Shown: positions 25,535-38,260, counted from the first letter of the stretch. The stretch: 64,000 nt of DNA from Entomortierella parvispora E1425 (GCA_020891255.1 BQFW01000002.1:1736001-1800000), one strand, 5' to 3'. A program made the numbers and translations. Notes: a model not told the origin generated them from the letters alone.

Positions 25535-25969
25535 ATGGCCCGTTTCTTCATCCTTGTCTCCCTATCGGTCTCAATGGCTCTTTTCTGCAAGGCCCAGTCT
25601 GTCGCTGGCATTGCCTCGGGTCTCGGTGTTGGTGCTGGCCTCGGTGTTGGCGCTGGCCTCGGTGTCAGTACTGGCCTCGGTGTTGGTGCAGGCGTTGGCA
25701 TTGCCGGGGCTGGACCTGGCTATGGCGGTGACTTATCCGACTTGGGCTCGACCAATGTCCCTGTCTCGCCCATCTCGATCAGTCCGGAGACTGACTTTTT
25801 GCCAGTGAACAATGTTCAACCCATTGTGAACGTGTTCCCCACCGATTTCAATGACTACTCGGGCTACTCGGGCTCCATCTATGGCGGTGGTTACGGCTAC
25901 GGTTGCGATGACCAAAGTGGAGACTACGGATATGGTGGATATGGAGGACCCGCTCTTGGATTCAACTAG
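25535..25969 (+). CDS. Small secreted Gly/Tyr-rich protein, 144 aa, unknown function
   Basis: Signal-peptide-like N-terminus MARFFILVSLSVSMALFCKA, then GLGVGA repeats, a PVSPISISPETDFLPVNNVQPIVNVFP core and a GYG-rich tail. Intronless with biased codon usage and an upstream TATAAA at ~25402. Confidence 0.8.
   Translation: MARFFILVSLSVSMALFCKAQSVAGIASGLGVGAGLGVGAGLGVSTGLGVGAGVGIAGAGPGYGGDLSDLGSTNVPVSPISISPETDFLPVNNVQPIVNVFPTDFNDYSGYSGSIYGGGYGYGCDDQSGDYGYGGYGGPALGFN
25619..25690 (+). repeat. Coding 18-bp tandem repeat x4 (GLGVGA/GLGVST)
   Basis: ggtctcggtgttggtgct / ggcctcggtgttggcgct / ggcctcggtgtcagtact / ggcctcggtgttggtgca. Confidence 0.9.
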
Positions 25970-26127
25970 GCCTTCTTTGGTCTTTTGATTCTATGGTTTT
26001 ACTGTACGAGTTTGCCCCTCTTCTCTTACAAACACAACAACAAGTTCGTTCATATTATCATTCAAATAAACAGCCTGTTTTCCAACGTTCATTGCGGTTT
26101 GAAACGATATTCTGGAACAAAAAAAAC

Positions 26128-27711
26128 TTAATGTTGGTGCTGCTTGTAGGTATCATGGATCTTGACCAAGAAGTCTCCCATGGCATGGCGTGCCACTTGC
26201 CGATCCTTCTCGGTTGAGATTTCGTCCAGCAAACAATAATTGTGAGGTCGATCCTCCCCAAAGACCATTGTAATATCGACATCCTCCACCTTGGCTTTCT
26301 TGACAAAGTTCTCGATCGAGGATCGCAAGATCTCCTGTCCGCCCACATAGATTAGAGTCGGCGCCAATCCTGAAAGAGTCTCAGCAAAATAGGGTCGTGT
26401 GTACGGACTCTCCTGAAGCTCGGGCTTGTTCTTGGTATAGGCCTCCCAATAGACTTCGCATCCCTCTTTGCTCACGAAATCATACAGGGAGTCCTCCAAA
26501 GGCTCGGGACTGCAGACCCAGGGAGACACTCCAATCTGTCCTCCAGGCCTTCCAAGCTCCGGAAATTGATCGCGCAATCTAAGAGTTGTTCCCAAGCAAA
26601 TATTTCCTCCTGCAGAGTCGCCAACTATGAGAATGAAAGGATAAGAATGAGTCAGTGAGAAAGGAACTGCGAACTCCAACCTGGTTTCTTAGAACTTTGA
26701 CCATACTAAGAACGATTTTCTTGGAATGCACCGAGTGCTCCTGGATAAGACTCTTGTACGAAGCAATGATCTCGTCTGAAGCGACAGGATAGGTATGCTC
26801 AGGGGACAAGCCTAGAAAGAAGGGAAAAGAAGGCCAGTATTAATAGCTTTCCCGCATGCTCGCTGGCGTGACATCTTGCTCTCAAAACTCGATCACTTTT
26901 TCTACTGCTTTTGTTGTTGTTTTCTTTTTTCCTTTGGCTCGAGCTTTTCCCACATGCAACCCTGTGCTTACTGTAATCAATCGCGAGGATCCCAATCTTC
27001 AAGTTGTGCGTCTGCTGCGTTGCTTTCATTGTCTTTAGGAAGAACTCCAAGAACATGAGTGGATTTCCATCGATGAATCCTCCTCCATGAATGTACAACA
27101 GAACGATGTCACAACCTGAACCCACAGGAACACTTTCTGGTGGCACCATGGTGGTCGCACCATGGCTGTCCTTGACTGAGTTCACCTGATCCTGAAAGGG
27201 AATCCAGAACCCTTTCCATCCATTTCCTTCCACAGGAACGGCCCACTTCTTTTGGGCCTCAGGCCCCAGTCCTGCCATCCTGGCCATAATATCCAAACTG
27301 GTCTTCATGACCACTCTGGATTGACGGATGCTGCAACATTCAATCACTGGGAACAGCAAGGCAGTGTTGAAACCAGTGGTGTAGGGCATCTTGGCAGGTG
27401 TCTTTCTTGCGAGGTAGTATCCAGTATACTTGGCCGCGCGGCCAGCTAGTTATAAGTAATGGAGGAAGTTGGTCCTCTTTTAGTTTCCAATGGCTACTAG
27501 AAAAGATTCATCCCCATTAGAGTCAAGTAGGATGTCCTACCCATGGCGAGTGCAAGACCTGAGTAGGCCAAAGGGGACCTACAAAGCAAACATGGATTTG
27601 AGGATGAGCAACAAGATGTGAGATTTCAGAGAAGTATCAAGCGATTTCGCACCATGTTTCGTTCTTCAGCTTGCTTTGCAAGAGAGTGAGGTTCTCTGTC
27701 TGGCTTGACAT
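26128..27711 (-). CDS. HSL-family alpha/beta hydrolase (Abhydrolase_3; Say1/Mug180-like esterase)
   Basis: Oxyanion motif YIHGGGF, DYS|LSPEHTYP, nucleophile elbow GDSAGGN, acid GQEIL, His in DRPHNY. Two small 5' exons (MSSQTENLTLLQSKLKNETW|SPLAYSGLALAM|AGRAAKY) join in phase; the start is less certain than the core. Confidence 0.85.
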
Positions 27712-29084
27712 GATGGAGGGGTTTGAATGATCGACAACAGGGGGAGAGAGGAAGATAAAGAGACAGAGTCTTTTTTTTGGGAATGGAAGAGCATGGTGTG
27801 ACTGTGTGTGGGCTCACGCCTCAAGCTCTGCAATGCTGGCACCCAGCGTAGCAGGATCATTTTTGTCTTGTGAACCAAGCTGCAGGGTCTGGTCTTGACC
27901 ACCACCGTCGTGATCAGAGAAAGCAAAGCTGAAGAAAAGAAGCCATGTTCAAAGTTGAGTCAAAGTTGAGTCTCTCGACGTTCAATTAACCGGGCATGGG
28001 GAATATAAATTGGGCTGTATGAGAGCAATAGAACAGTTGCTTTTTCTCATTTTGCGCCGACTTGGAGCCGATCCCCGGGCAATCTGCTCTCTTGACGCCT
28101 CAGCTGCAGTGGTGGACCAATAGCTTGTACCGTACACGATACGGTTTACATATCTGGTACCGCAACGGCGTTTCCAGACGCCTCGGTCCAATTTTACCGG
28201 AAATGACATATAGTTCAGCAGAGTGTGTCTTCCACTAGCCAACGTGGGAGAGCGGGCGGCAAGGGACTGGTGGGTGGGCATAGCCAGGATCGAGATCCAG
28301 GGTGAAAGGAGAGAGCACGGAAACCCATGGTGGCACAAGCACTTTTGTTTGCATCCATTTTCGCCAAAAAAAAAAAAAAAAAAAAAAAAAGCACAACAGA
28401 CGGACGACATGCCAACAGCCAACAACAGCGTTCTTTTGCAGCAATAAAATGACCTGCTGGAGGGCGGGATGAGGTGAGGGACAAGACAAGAACACACAAA
28501 GAGCGGTGGCTAAAGTGTAATTATTGAGTTCGTTGTCCACACGCCCACTTCTGCCTCTTTCAGAAATGAAGATATGGCTCGTTTTCAACAGCCGATATCA
28601 TCGCAACTCATGGATATCCCCAGGAGCAATCAAACTGTGAACCAGGGCTTTCAAGATGAACAAAAGTTCATCAATTGACCATTCTATTTCCAGGAACAGC
28701 GTTTTACAACACCTGTCTTTATCTCTCTTCATCTCCCTCTTTCTCTCGTCTCTTTTCTCTACTTCTTCACCTCTTTTCTCTTTCTACCATTCTGGTTTTG
28801 CTATAAGAGTCTCCTTATCGCAAGAGAACACCCCTTGACACCTCCTTTGCTGCACTCCACGCCCCGTATTCTCCTCCCTCTTTTATTTTCATGCATCGCA
28901 CAATCAATCAACTGCCCGTCTTGGTTCTTTAATTACTCTCCGTGTATAGCCCTTGGATTCCTCTTTTTTATTCTTTTCTCACATTCATCTTTGTTTTTTA
29001 TTGTTTTGTTTTGTTTTTTTACCTCCAACTGCTCGCTCTCAAACATCCAAAAGTCCTCCAGCACCGAAAGCACCCAAACTCACA

Positions 29085-30965
29085 ATGCCCTCCTCCCCAA
29101 AATCACCGAGGACTCCAAATCACTTTGACTTTGGTCGCAATCATTCGGGAAAGAGGTGGCATTCCCGTCGACGGTTCTTTTTTCTTTTTTCAGTCGTCCT
29201 CCTCATCTCTACAGGGTCCTTGCTCATGCTGCGACTCTCTGTTGACCCTAATTCGCTCAACTCGCCTTCATGGACCAGGCCCAGGATACCATACTCGCCA
29301 CTTCGGAACAACAACAATCATGATAACAATAACGACAGTGACAGCAAAGACAACAACAAAAGTGAGCTTCACGCAGGGGACGAGCTAAATCCATCTGCAG
29401 ACAAGTCTACATACATGTACAGCAACCCATATTTAACTCGCGGAGGCCAACGACCTCGGCAAGCACTTCCCCACCGCAACGTCTTTAACGACGAAAAAGA
29501 ATTAGCCTTGATGATGGATCAGCTTGAGCTTCAAGAACAACAACTACGACAATTGAGGCAACAGATTCTTGACCAACAAAAAGAGATCAAGGAGCTGGAC
29601 CTTCATCGACAGGTTCTGTTGCAGAAACAGGAGGAACCGCAACCACCCAAAGGGCGTCAGGAGGCGCCTCTGCAGGGGCTTCTGCACCCTTCTGGGACGG
29701 ATCTTGATCCCACCAACGACCACACAAAAAGCAGCACCAACTCTCATGAACCAGGACAGAGCCCACTCCAAGACTCCAACTCTTTCGAGCTCGGGGCTGC
29801 GGACGATGGAGAGTTTGAAGCGGAAGAGGCCAAGCGTGCCGCCTTTCTAGAATTCAGTCGAGAAAACCCTCTGCCCTTTACAAAAGCCCTCGAAAAAAAA
29901 TTATCGACAACAGCCAGGACAAAGGCGCGGGGGACTCGCTATCTGACCTACCTGCCCTACGCGGGCATCACGAACCAGTTCTATGGAATGCTACGTGCCC
30001 TCGAGGTCGCCGATGCGCTGGGTCGCACCTTGATCCTCCCTCCCATCACGGCATCCAGTCACGACAAGTCGAAACAGAATCAACCATGGTCTAGATTCTT
30101 GGACCTGGATCGGTTCCGCAGCCTGACAGGAGCCAAAGTAATCGAGTACCATGAGCTCCTTTTGTCCGAGGGGCAACACCACGAGGATACAATTCAGGAG
30201 TATCATCTCCTTCAGTGCAAGATCACCTGTGGCTTCGGATCCAAGCGCACTATCGACTTCACAGCCAAGGGGTTCTTGAAACAGTGGCATCTCCAGGAGT
30301 CTCTCGTGCCCCTCCAAACAGTCGCCAAGGACGACTCGAGCTTTGAATCCATTGTGGCTGCACTACAACCATTCAAGGATGACCCTTACCTCTGCCTCTC
30401 CAACACCTACAAGATCGCCATCAAAGACAAAACAGAATGGGAACGATTCGGTCAACACTTGTATTTTACGACAGAACTGGAACAGTTTGTACAACAGTTT
30501 TTGGTGGCCAACAGGCTGGCAAGCACCGCCGCTTCTGGGTTCATCCAACCCTATCTCGCCATTCATGCTCGGAGAGGCGATTTCGCAAAGTACTGTGAAG
30601 GGAACTTTCCAGGTCGAAAGATGATCCATTGTCTGCCTTCGACTTCTCAGTTCGAGGCGCGGATCGACATCATTCAATCGGACCTGACACAGGCCATGGC
30701 CGTATCAGATCACCTCCCGGTCTTTGTCGCCACGAATGAACGCGATCCGGACGAGTTGGCTCAGTTTGCTCAACTCGGTTGGCACGTCTTGGACCACGAA
30801 GCAATGAAGACTGTTGAATCGTTAGGCGTGTTTGGACCGATGATGGTAGACCAGGTCTTCATGGCCAATGCGCAAGTCTTGGTGGGCATCCAAATGAGCA
30901 CCTTTTCTAGAGTCGGCGCTCTCCGACAAAAGAGCTGGCATGGCAGAGAAGCCGAGTACATGTAA
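29085..30965 (+). CDS. GDP-fucose protein O-fucosyltransferase family (O-FucT / POFUT2-like), type II membrane, intronless
   Basis: TM FFFLFSVVLLISTGSLLML, then a stem/coiled coil. Catalytic motifs YLPYAGITNQF, LGRTLILPP, YLAIHARRGDF, VFVATNE, DQVFMANAQVLVG..MSTFS. Confidence 0.85.
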   Translation: MPSSPKSPRTPNHFDFGRNHSGKRWHSRRRFFFLFSVVLLISTGSLLMLRLSVDPNSLNSPSWTRPRIPYSPLRNNNNHDNNNDSDSKDNNKSELHAGDELNPSADKSTYMYSNPYLTRGGQRPRQALPHRNVFNDEKELALMMDQLELQEQQLRQLRQQILDQQKEIKELDLHRQVLLQKQEEPQPPKGRQEAPLQGLLHPSGTDLDPTNDHTKSSTNSHEPGQSPLQDSNSFELGAADDGEFEAEEAKRAAFLEFSRENPLPFTKALEKKLSTTARTKARGTRYLTYLPYAGITNQFYGMLRALEVADALGRTLILPPITASSHDKSKQNQPWSRFLDLDRFRSLTGAKVIEYHELLLSEGQHHEDTIQEYHLLQCKITCGFGSKRTIDFTAKGFLKQWHLQESLVPLQTVAKDDSSFESIVAALQPFKDDPYLCLSNTYKIAIKDKTEWERFGQHLYFTTELEQFVQQFLVANRLASTAASGFIQPYLAIHARRGDFAKYCEGNFPGRKMIHCLPSTSQFEARIDIIQSDLTQAMAVSDHLPVFVATNERDPDELAQFAQLGWHVLDHEAMKTVESLGVFGPMMVDQVFMANAQVLVGIQMSTFSRVGALRQKSWHGREAEYM

Positions 30966-31082
30966 ACGCGGCTATTAAAAATATAGAAAAATAAAAAAAC
31001 ATGCATCATCATCATCATCAATGTGGCAGCTTTAGAGCAGTTGAGTCGTTTATTACACAGCTTTGGTTGATAAATAAGCCAC

Positions 31083-34000
31083 CTAAAGAGCGTCATGCAT
31101 AGAACAAAGACAGCTACAATCACTGACGGGACATTGGGTGTGGCGATCGAACCAGTCGGCCATGTGCATTGCGTGGCCTCCGTGGCGACACGTCTGACAC
31201 CAAGTAAACCATAGATCAAAACTTGTGGGCTCTAGATCGTTTAGAAGTTGGAGAATGATCAGATGCTGTAGGATAATTTCAATAAGCGCTCTTCTCCTCA
31301 ATGTTATAAAAATGCACTTACTCTCCCCTGTTGCTTTGTGACCGAGACTAGACCATGGCCCCAGACCGGCATGCCCGTCTGCGGGTACCCCGAGGTGCAG
31401 GAGACAGATTGCACAGCGCGGCAATGGCTTGCTACAACTCGGGCAAACAATTGACTTGCCTGCTCCAGCGGCTCCTCCTGATCCTGGTGCGCCTCCTGGG
31501 ACAGGTCCACCAGCACCACCCATGGATCCAGACTTGTCATGGCCGTGCATTCCTCCACCGCCACCACCGCCTCCGTAACCTCCTCCCGAACCAGGACCAC
31601 CTCCGCCTGGGACAATCAGTCGTCGGCCCTCTCTGCTACGGACGCCTGGAATCATAAGACTCCGGGCAATACTCTGATTACAAAAGTTGCAACGAACATA
31701 GATCTGCGTCGGTGTCATATCCGCTGCAGAGACACCAGAAGAATTGCTCAGCTGAATACAGCGTCCGCGTGCAATATCGAATTTAGCCCTTGTATAATAT
31801 AACTGCCAGCGATCCAAAAGATCACGGTAGCAGTCCACCCATTCTTCAACGCGCGTATCTTTGAAGTACCGCGGTACTGCTACCGATGATGCCAACGACG
31901 CCGTCTGAATATCGCCGGTCCTGTTGACGTAATTCGTCAGTAGATCCAGCCCCAGTTCAGTCAGTCCTGTCAAAATCATTCCGTCGATTTCACCAGCAGC
32001 CAGCAAGGTGTCTGTTGTCGTTTGGATGTAAACCATCAACTAGATAAAGGTTCCACATAGAAAAAAGGCGTTAGAATTGTTGCTATCAGCGACAATTCAA
32101 TTTCAGATACACGGATATACTAACTTCGTCATCGCTCAAAAAGCGGAGCGCCACTCCAATGCGGTCGGCGAGGCATAAACTGTGTTCTTCCAAAACGTCT
32201 CTCCAGTCGCCTGAGGCAATGTAGTTAAAGATGGCACGAATATACGGGTTGGATTGGCTTTGTCCGTGGGTCCGGCATTGTGCTCTCCAGGCTGCTGATT
32301 TCTCGCTGCTACTGTTCAGACCGCCTCCAAGTGTCGCGCCTGCCATGGTACTATAGTTTCTACTGAATCCGGCTACGACAATCGACATCAACTTCAACCG
32401 ATCGTCTAAATGACAAAGAGATAGGGGGAAAAAACGTTAATGAAATTCAACAACTCCCAGGCGAATGAATGGGTCTGAAGTGTACCTCCTCGGCTCAAAA
32501 CGTCAATGGAGAGGTCCAGCTCTCCATGAAAGAATGCCCATCCAGCAGCGACTTCGAAGGATCCTTCATTTTCCAGCCTAATTGAAGTCAAATCAGTATT
32601 AGAGTCCCCGAAATCAATCTCCTGCCCAGGCAACCTTCGGAATATGTACCTTTCCACGGTTTTCTTGAGGTCCGATCTCAGAAGTTCCGACCCGCAGAGC
32701 TTTAGTCCAAGTTTCCGTTGAGCAAGCTTCAGTGTAGGCACAATAGGGATCTCGTCTTGTTGTTTTGAAAGCTGGGTAGTAAGGTCCGAAGATGAGCGAG
32801 GAAGCGGTGACATCGTACGTGGTGTTCCTGAGGGCGTCGATCTTCTGGAGACTAGATTGCAGTAGTAAGATGAATAGTAGCAAATTGTCAAAAATATACC
32901 TCTTGATATCGATACATATACAACAGCCGGTGCACTCCGCCCTATTTACCTCCGTTTCCTAGCAGAACAGGCAGGACGCCTTGATAACTGAAATCAAATT
33001 TTCCGATACGCGCCCCGTCTCTTTGAGAGATTTTATCTGCTCGGATCATCCAGGACCAAAAGTCCTTGAGAGGGCCAGGCGCAACTAAATTTACATTCGT
33101 GACCGCATCCATCGAGTATCCTTTGATGGCCGCCTCACGCATTGTCACTGAAACATCCTGCTCCAAACCTTGATCAACATCCTCTGCTGAAGCCGTTACC
33201 CATCCGTTGTTGACGACAGCTGTCAATGACGATCGTCGAACCGTCTCCGCCATCGCACTCGTGATGCCTCCAGCCTTCATTGCGTCTGTTACAGCACCTC
33301 CACTCAATCCACTGGGCAAAACCACGGTGATTGAGGGTGCGGGGTTCGAAGCAGGCACATCTGTTGGCCCTACACCGGTATCAGAACCACCCTTGCGACT
33401 GGCAGGGAGTTGCAGGTTCAAAACTTTCGAGTTCCTTTTTCTCATTTCTGAAATGGCGTGTTGAGGAGCTGGCTCTGCTACCGTAGCGGCCAGTGACCGC
33501 TGGCTTGGAAAGCATGAGATAGAGTTGCCATCTGATATCACCAAGGCCCCTTTGGGCTCCCATGCTATCTGCGAAGTCTCGTTCAGGATCGTGGTTTCGA
33601 TCACGGACTCTTTGTTGATTGAAATCAGACCAGATGTTGAGTTGGAAACAAGAGTTGGAATCCAAGCAAATGACTGCAGAGGCTTTGTTGAAGGTGGATT
33701 TGCTATTCAAAAAAAGGCAATTAGCATACTCTTCAAAAAATTGGTCAAGTCAACTCTCAAGTTGGATCATAACGTGCGCTTACCTCGACGGGACTTCCAA
33801 AGAATTGGAACGCTGACCTCTGTCTCTGGGTTGTCCGATTCTCGAACAGTGTGCAAGCCCTCCCTGTCATGACTCCTGGAAAGCAAACTTGCGGCTGCAG
33901 ATCCTTGCGGCATACCATTCTCGCCAGAGAAAATTTCCATCCTAGACGAGGGTCGAGAGGATCCCACTGTGCCCTCTTGAATATTCCATACTTTAAGGGA

Positions 34001-35494
34001 AGAAGCATCCTTTGTGAGTGAGGCTAGCTGGCCTGCTCTTTGCGGCGAGAACTGGATACGGACCAAGGTGGACGAAGACTGCTGTACAGATTTTGGTCCA
34101 GTGTAGAAAGATAATATCGGCTCTGATGCATTCCTCACATCCCAGATCTTTACATTGCCATCGTCAGAACACGATGCCATACGGTTGTCGTGGAAAGGAT
34201 CCATGCAAAGACCATGAACAGCTTTGGTGGAGATGATCAATGACGAAGGTGAATTTGGATCCTCTAGAGCAATTCATAATTTGATATTAGTTTTCGGCAT
34301 TATTTTTTTTTTTCACCAGGTCAGTCAAGATAGCCTACCTCGGGTATCATAAACACGAATGTACTTCATGCCCATTCCAGCAGCAAGCACCTTGGGATCA
34401 TTTGTGAACCAGGCGCAAGAGGAAATGACTTCACTGGATCCGTATTGGCACAATGGTCGTACATCTGTGGAATGGTCCAAGCTGAAAAATGCCTATTGTA
34501 TTAGCACAGCCCTTTCCATAACAACCACATCTATTGGCGTCAAAAGCCTTCTCACCTGGACGCAGCCAATGCACGAGCAGTTCCAGTATTCTCTGCCAAT
34601 GACAAGGGATTCATAGAGAGTCGAGTGTCTACAAAGCAAACGGGGTTCAGCAAGGTAGTCGACAATCAACACAACTACTTCTCTTTTGGACACGGCGTAC
34701 CTCCAAAGTAACTTTCAGCGATCTCGCCAGTCCTGCCAAAGCGTGATGTCTGTGCGCTTCCCGCAGTAGATCGTCCATTCGCAGTAATGGGTCCAGAGGG
34801 TGCATAATTAGAATCTGTTCCTCTGGACATTTTCATGGATTGTTCAATATCCCAAACCATCAAGCAGTAATCATTTCGAACTTTGTCGAGTCCAACTGCG
34901 AGCAGATTTGGCGATCCTTTGGAAAACGACACCACGTTACAGGCGCGCGAATGGCGAGCACTGAAGGATGGGTATGTTCTCTGGTTCTGAGCTATTGAAA
35001 CCTGTCGTGGCGTGTCTGGTCGAAATTCACTCCCTTTGTCTTCAAAGACCCACGGCTCTGATTTGTTCATGCGGACAAGCATCGTCCTTCCTGTTGTCAG
35101 CCCTACGGCTGTGAGATCCATGTAGTTCGGATCAGGGGACCAAGTAAAGCACTATCAAAGAATGGGTTCCTCGTTGGATCAGTCCCCAGGATGCAAAAGC
35201 GCGCTGTTCTGACAGCGATTGAACGTATATGCCTACCTTCATCAGCGCCACGTCCGTGTTCACGGCGATAGGCGTGGAATGGCCGTCCTATGCAGTTTCC
35301 AGGGTGGAAGGGCAGTAGACGCGTTAGCTGTAAGTCTGCGATGTGTATGTGTGTATGAATCTGAATACAAGACTTGCACACATGCATACCTCGGGAGTCC
35401 ATTTGAACAAGCGCAGGTCCGTAGACCCAATCAGGAACTGATTGTGGTTCGGATGGGGTGACCATAGGAGGCGATGGGGCCTGGCAGTCGACAT
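31083..35494 (-). CDS. SEA4: GATOR2/SEACAT subunit MIOS/Sea4 (WD40 + C-terminal zinc/RING), multi-exon
   Basis: ATG 35494 MSTARPHRLLWSPHP. Motifs MK|CFTWSP, LLAVGLDKVRNDYCLMVWD, PYIRAIFNYIA, LTNYVNRTGDIQTA, YRDLLDRW, CNFCNQSI, CPSCSKPLPRCAICL, WFTWCQTCRHGGH..H..WF...CPVSDC.C.C. Confidence 0.92.
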
Positions 35495-36566
35495 TTCTGG
35501 ATCGACTGTTCACAAGCAAAGAGTTTGGGGGTTGAGGAAACTGAGGGCGAGCAAGGTAGGGAATAGAGGAGAGTACATAGACGATTCAAGCATGTCTGCA
35601 AGTGATGCACATGCCTGCCTCCAAGAAGAAAGAGCGACGAGTGACTGCTCCAGGCTCTGTTCTTCTTCACGCTTTGTTCTCACACTGCAGATCACACAGA
35701 TCACATACTGCACACATACGAAAAGTGTTCTAGTATTCTCAAGGGCCTGGACCGTTGGAGTCGTGTTGCTTGAGTGTGCGCACAGTCCATGTGGGCATGC
35801 GGTCCAGGGAGGTCCTTGTTGGTTCAAGGAGATGACAGCGACCTCGCTCAATCGCTCGATTGGATCAGTCCGATACACAATCTACAGGAAGCCGGGCAGA
35901 CAAACACCGAAACCCGAGAAGAGAACAGATGGAAGTGCTGATGCCAGGAACAGGGGTGGTGGGTGTGGGCCCCCGAAACAGGTGCTCGAAAGAGAGATCT
36001 TTGATGACACACGAGTGGGTGGAGGTGGCGGTATTGTGGTGCTGTGGTGCAGGACAAAGCGAACGAACGAGTGCAATATGCACGTGTCTAGGCTGCGACC
36101 CTTGGATTCCCGTGGAGGAGAAAAGTGCGGCATCGGATAGGATCGCACTGGTGTGAACGGTGATGACAGACGCTTGCTCAGCCTGTGTCTGTTTGTCTGT
36201 TGTTTGTTGTTTGTTGGCTCCCGCTCTTCTTCTTCCCTCTGCTCTCTTTCCTTGTTCACACAAGGAAATGAACGGAAGGAAGAGGGAAGGAGATCAAGCT
36301 TGTCCAGTGACCAACCGCGGTCGTCCTTTGTCACAAAGGGGCGGATTGGACGACTCTTTGGTTGGCCCCTTTGCCAAAAATATCTATCTCCCTCTCTTTA
36401 TCTTGACCTCTCTCTCTTTTCCTCTTTCTCCTCCATTTTCATTATCTCTATATCAATCTCTATCTCCTCTTTCCTTTCCTTTTCGTCTCTTGCCACCGTT
36501 CTCAGTCTTTTAATCCCTCCTCTTACCAACCCTGCCTACCGCAGCCAAATCGCCCACTGACACACC

Positions 36567-37938
36567 ATGACTGAACGCTCAAGGCCGAGCCGCTCTGCCT
36601 CATCCACCTCTTCCTCCTCTCGCCACAGAAGCTCGTCTGTCAGCAGTGATCGATCATCACGTAAAGCCAACAGGTCAAGCTCCTCTTCCACCTCCACAGC
36701 TCGCCATGGCACCTCTGCCCCTTCCTCAAGGTCTCCTCTCCACAGAAAGAGCTCCTCTGCTAAAACAACACCCATGCACGACGACACTGATGCCGGTCGA
36801 CTCATCCCAGTGGACAGACCTGCATTGGCCATTGATTACCTGGGCAATGGTTGGTGCAACGAGGACGACATTGCGGCCTCTTGGAAATTCATGACAAAGC
36901 AAAAGAATGATCTGATCAACGGTCTGCGCCTCGAAAACGCTTCATGGCGCAACTGGGCCAAACAACGACACCACTTGAAAACCGTCAGTCCAAAGTCTTT
37001 GAACTGGTAAGCAACCCTTCTCTCCTGCTGGAGACATTGGAATCTCGACTTTAGGCTTCTATTCATATGTCTCCGTCGTTGTCTGTGCAACGTTTCTTTA
37101 CTAACCAAAAAGAAAAAAAATCGTTATCTTTCCCCGCAAAAATAGGCTCAAAGACAGCGATACCACCTGGCTTTACGGCCCTCTATACAAAGCTAGCATT
37201 GACGAGTTTGATCTAGCAAGGTTTGGCACTCAAACGATATCAAACAGATCCACCACGATACCCACCACACCCACAGGCGAATACTCTGGACTCAAACCCG
37301 CACTCAAACATAAAACCGCATCCGAGCTGTTCAAGGAGGACACGCTCTTCCATGTTCAGTCGGATCTCAAACTGGACCGAAAGATTGAACCCTACAGCAA
37401 AGCCCAGGAGACGGCTGTTATCAAACAACATCGCCAGCCTAAGCTCAGGTTCAATGACTCGGTGGAGCAATGTGTCTCCATCAACTCTGATGTGGCCTCT
37501 GATGACGAACTCCAAGACGACGAAGATGAAGACGATGGTATCATGATGCGGATTTCTGATCGCCGCCGCCCTGCTAGAAGCATTGTCAGGATCAACCCAA
37601 CACGACTCAAGGCAGCCAATATTTATGGTGTTGAATCCGACGATGAATCAGAACCGTCAATAGCACCCGGCCGGTTATTCGCTGGATCAGAAACGACCTT
37701 TGTACGGTCAAAAGAAGACGACTCTGCGCAGAACGATGCCGGTGGGATTTCGTTTTCCAATGGTGGCACTAATTCTGGATCAGAACGAACAGCTCAGCCT
37801 CCGGCTGAAGGAACAGATGATGACGACAAGACACTGCCAAAAGGGGGGATTGGACGGCGAGCGGCCGATATGGTGAATAATGTAAAAGACATTGTCAATT
37901 GGGCCTCATCTCTTGTGTACAACAGCAGTACCTTTTAG
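36567..37938 (+). CDS. REG1: REG1-like PP1 (Glc7) regulatory subunit with DUF1752-type motif, 2 exons
   Basis: IDYL..W..EDDIAASW, LRLENASWRNWAK...LKTVSPKSLNW|LKDSDTTWLYGPLY (intron 37007-37145), LKPALKHK, RVxF-type docking KLRFNDSVEQCVSI. The symbol reflects resemblance only. Confidence 0.75.
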
Positions 37939-38260
37939 TCTACCGCAGTGAAAATATGCTACCCCTCATTCTCTTGTATATTATTAAACTCTTTACGTGT
38001 GAAAATAACAGAATCCGATAATGATGATTGTTGACTATGAACGCTGTGCGCACAGACTCATCGATGCAAAACGCCACCAATATTGGTCGATTACATTAAG
38101 GGTGTGCCTCGGAAGAATTACGTTAAATAGGACTTATTTCCATATATGGGCATTTGAGGATCGCCGGAGTTAAGGTAACTCGATGAAACAGTAATGGGTT
38201 TATAGACGTCTCGGAAATTCGATTTTCATCAAATCAAGTGTTCACAATTGTTTCATATAT

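Noticed and set aside
28120-28200. Small hairpins (accgta-cacga-tacggt; ggcgt..acgcc) in the hydrolase/O-FucT divergent promoter, plus an 11-bp tandem at 27950-27972
   Set aside because: Stems of 5-6 bp are expected by chance, and nothing matches a known ncRNA.
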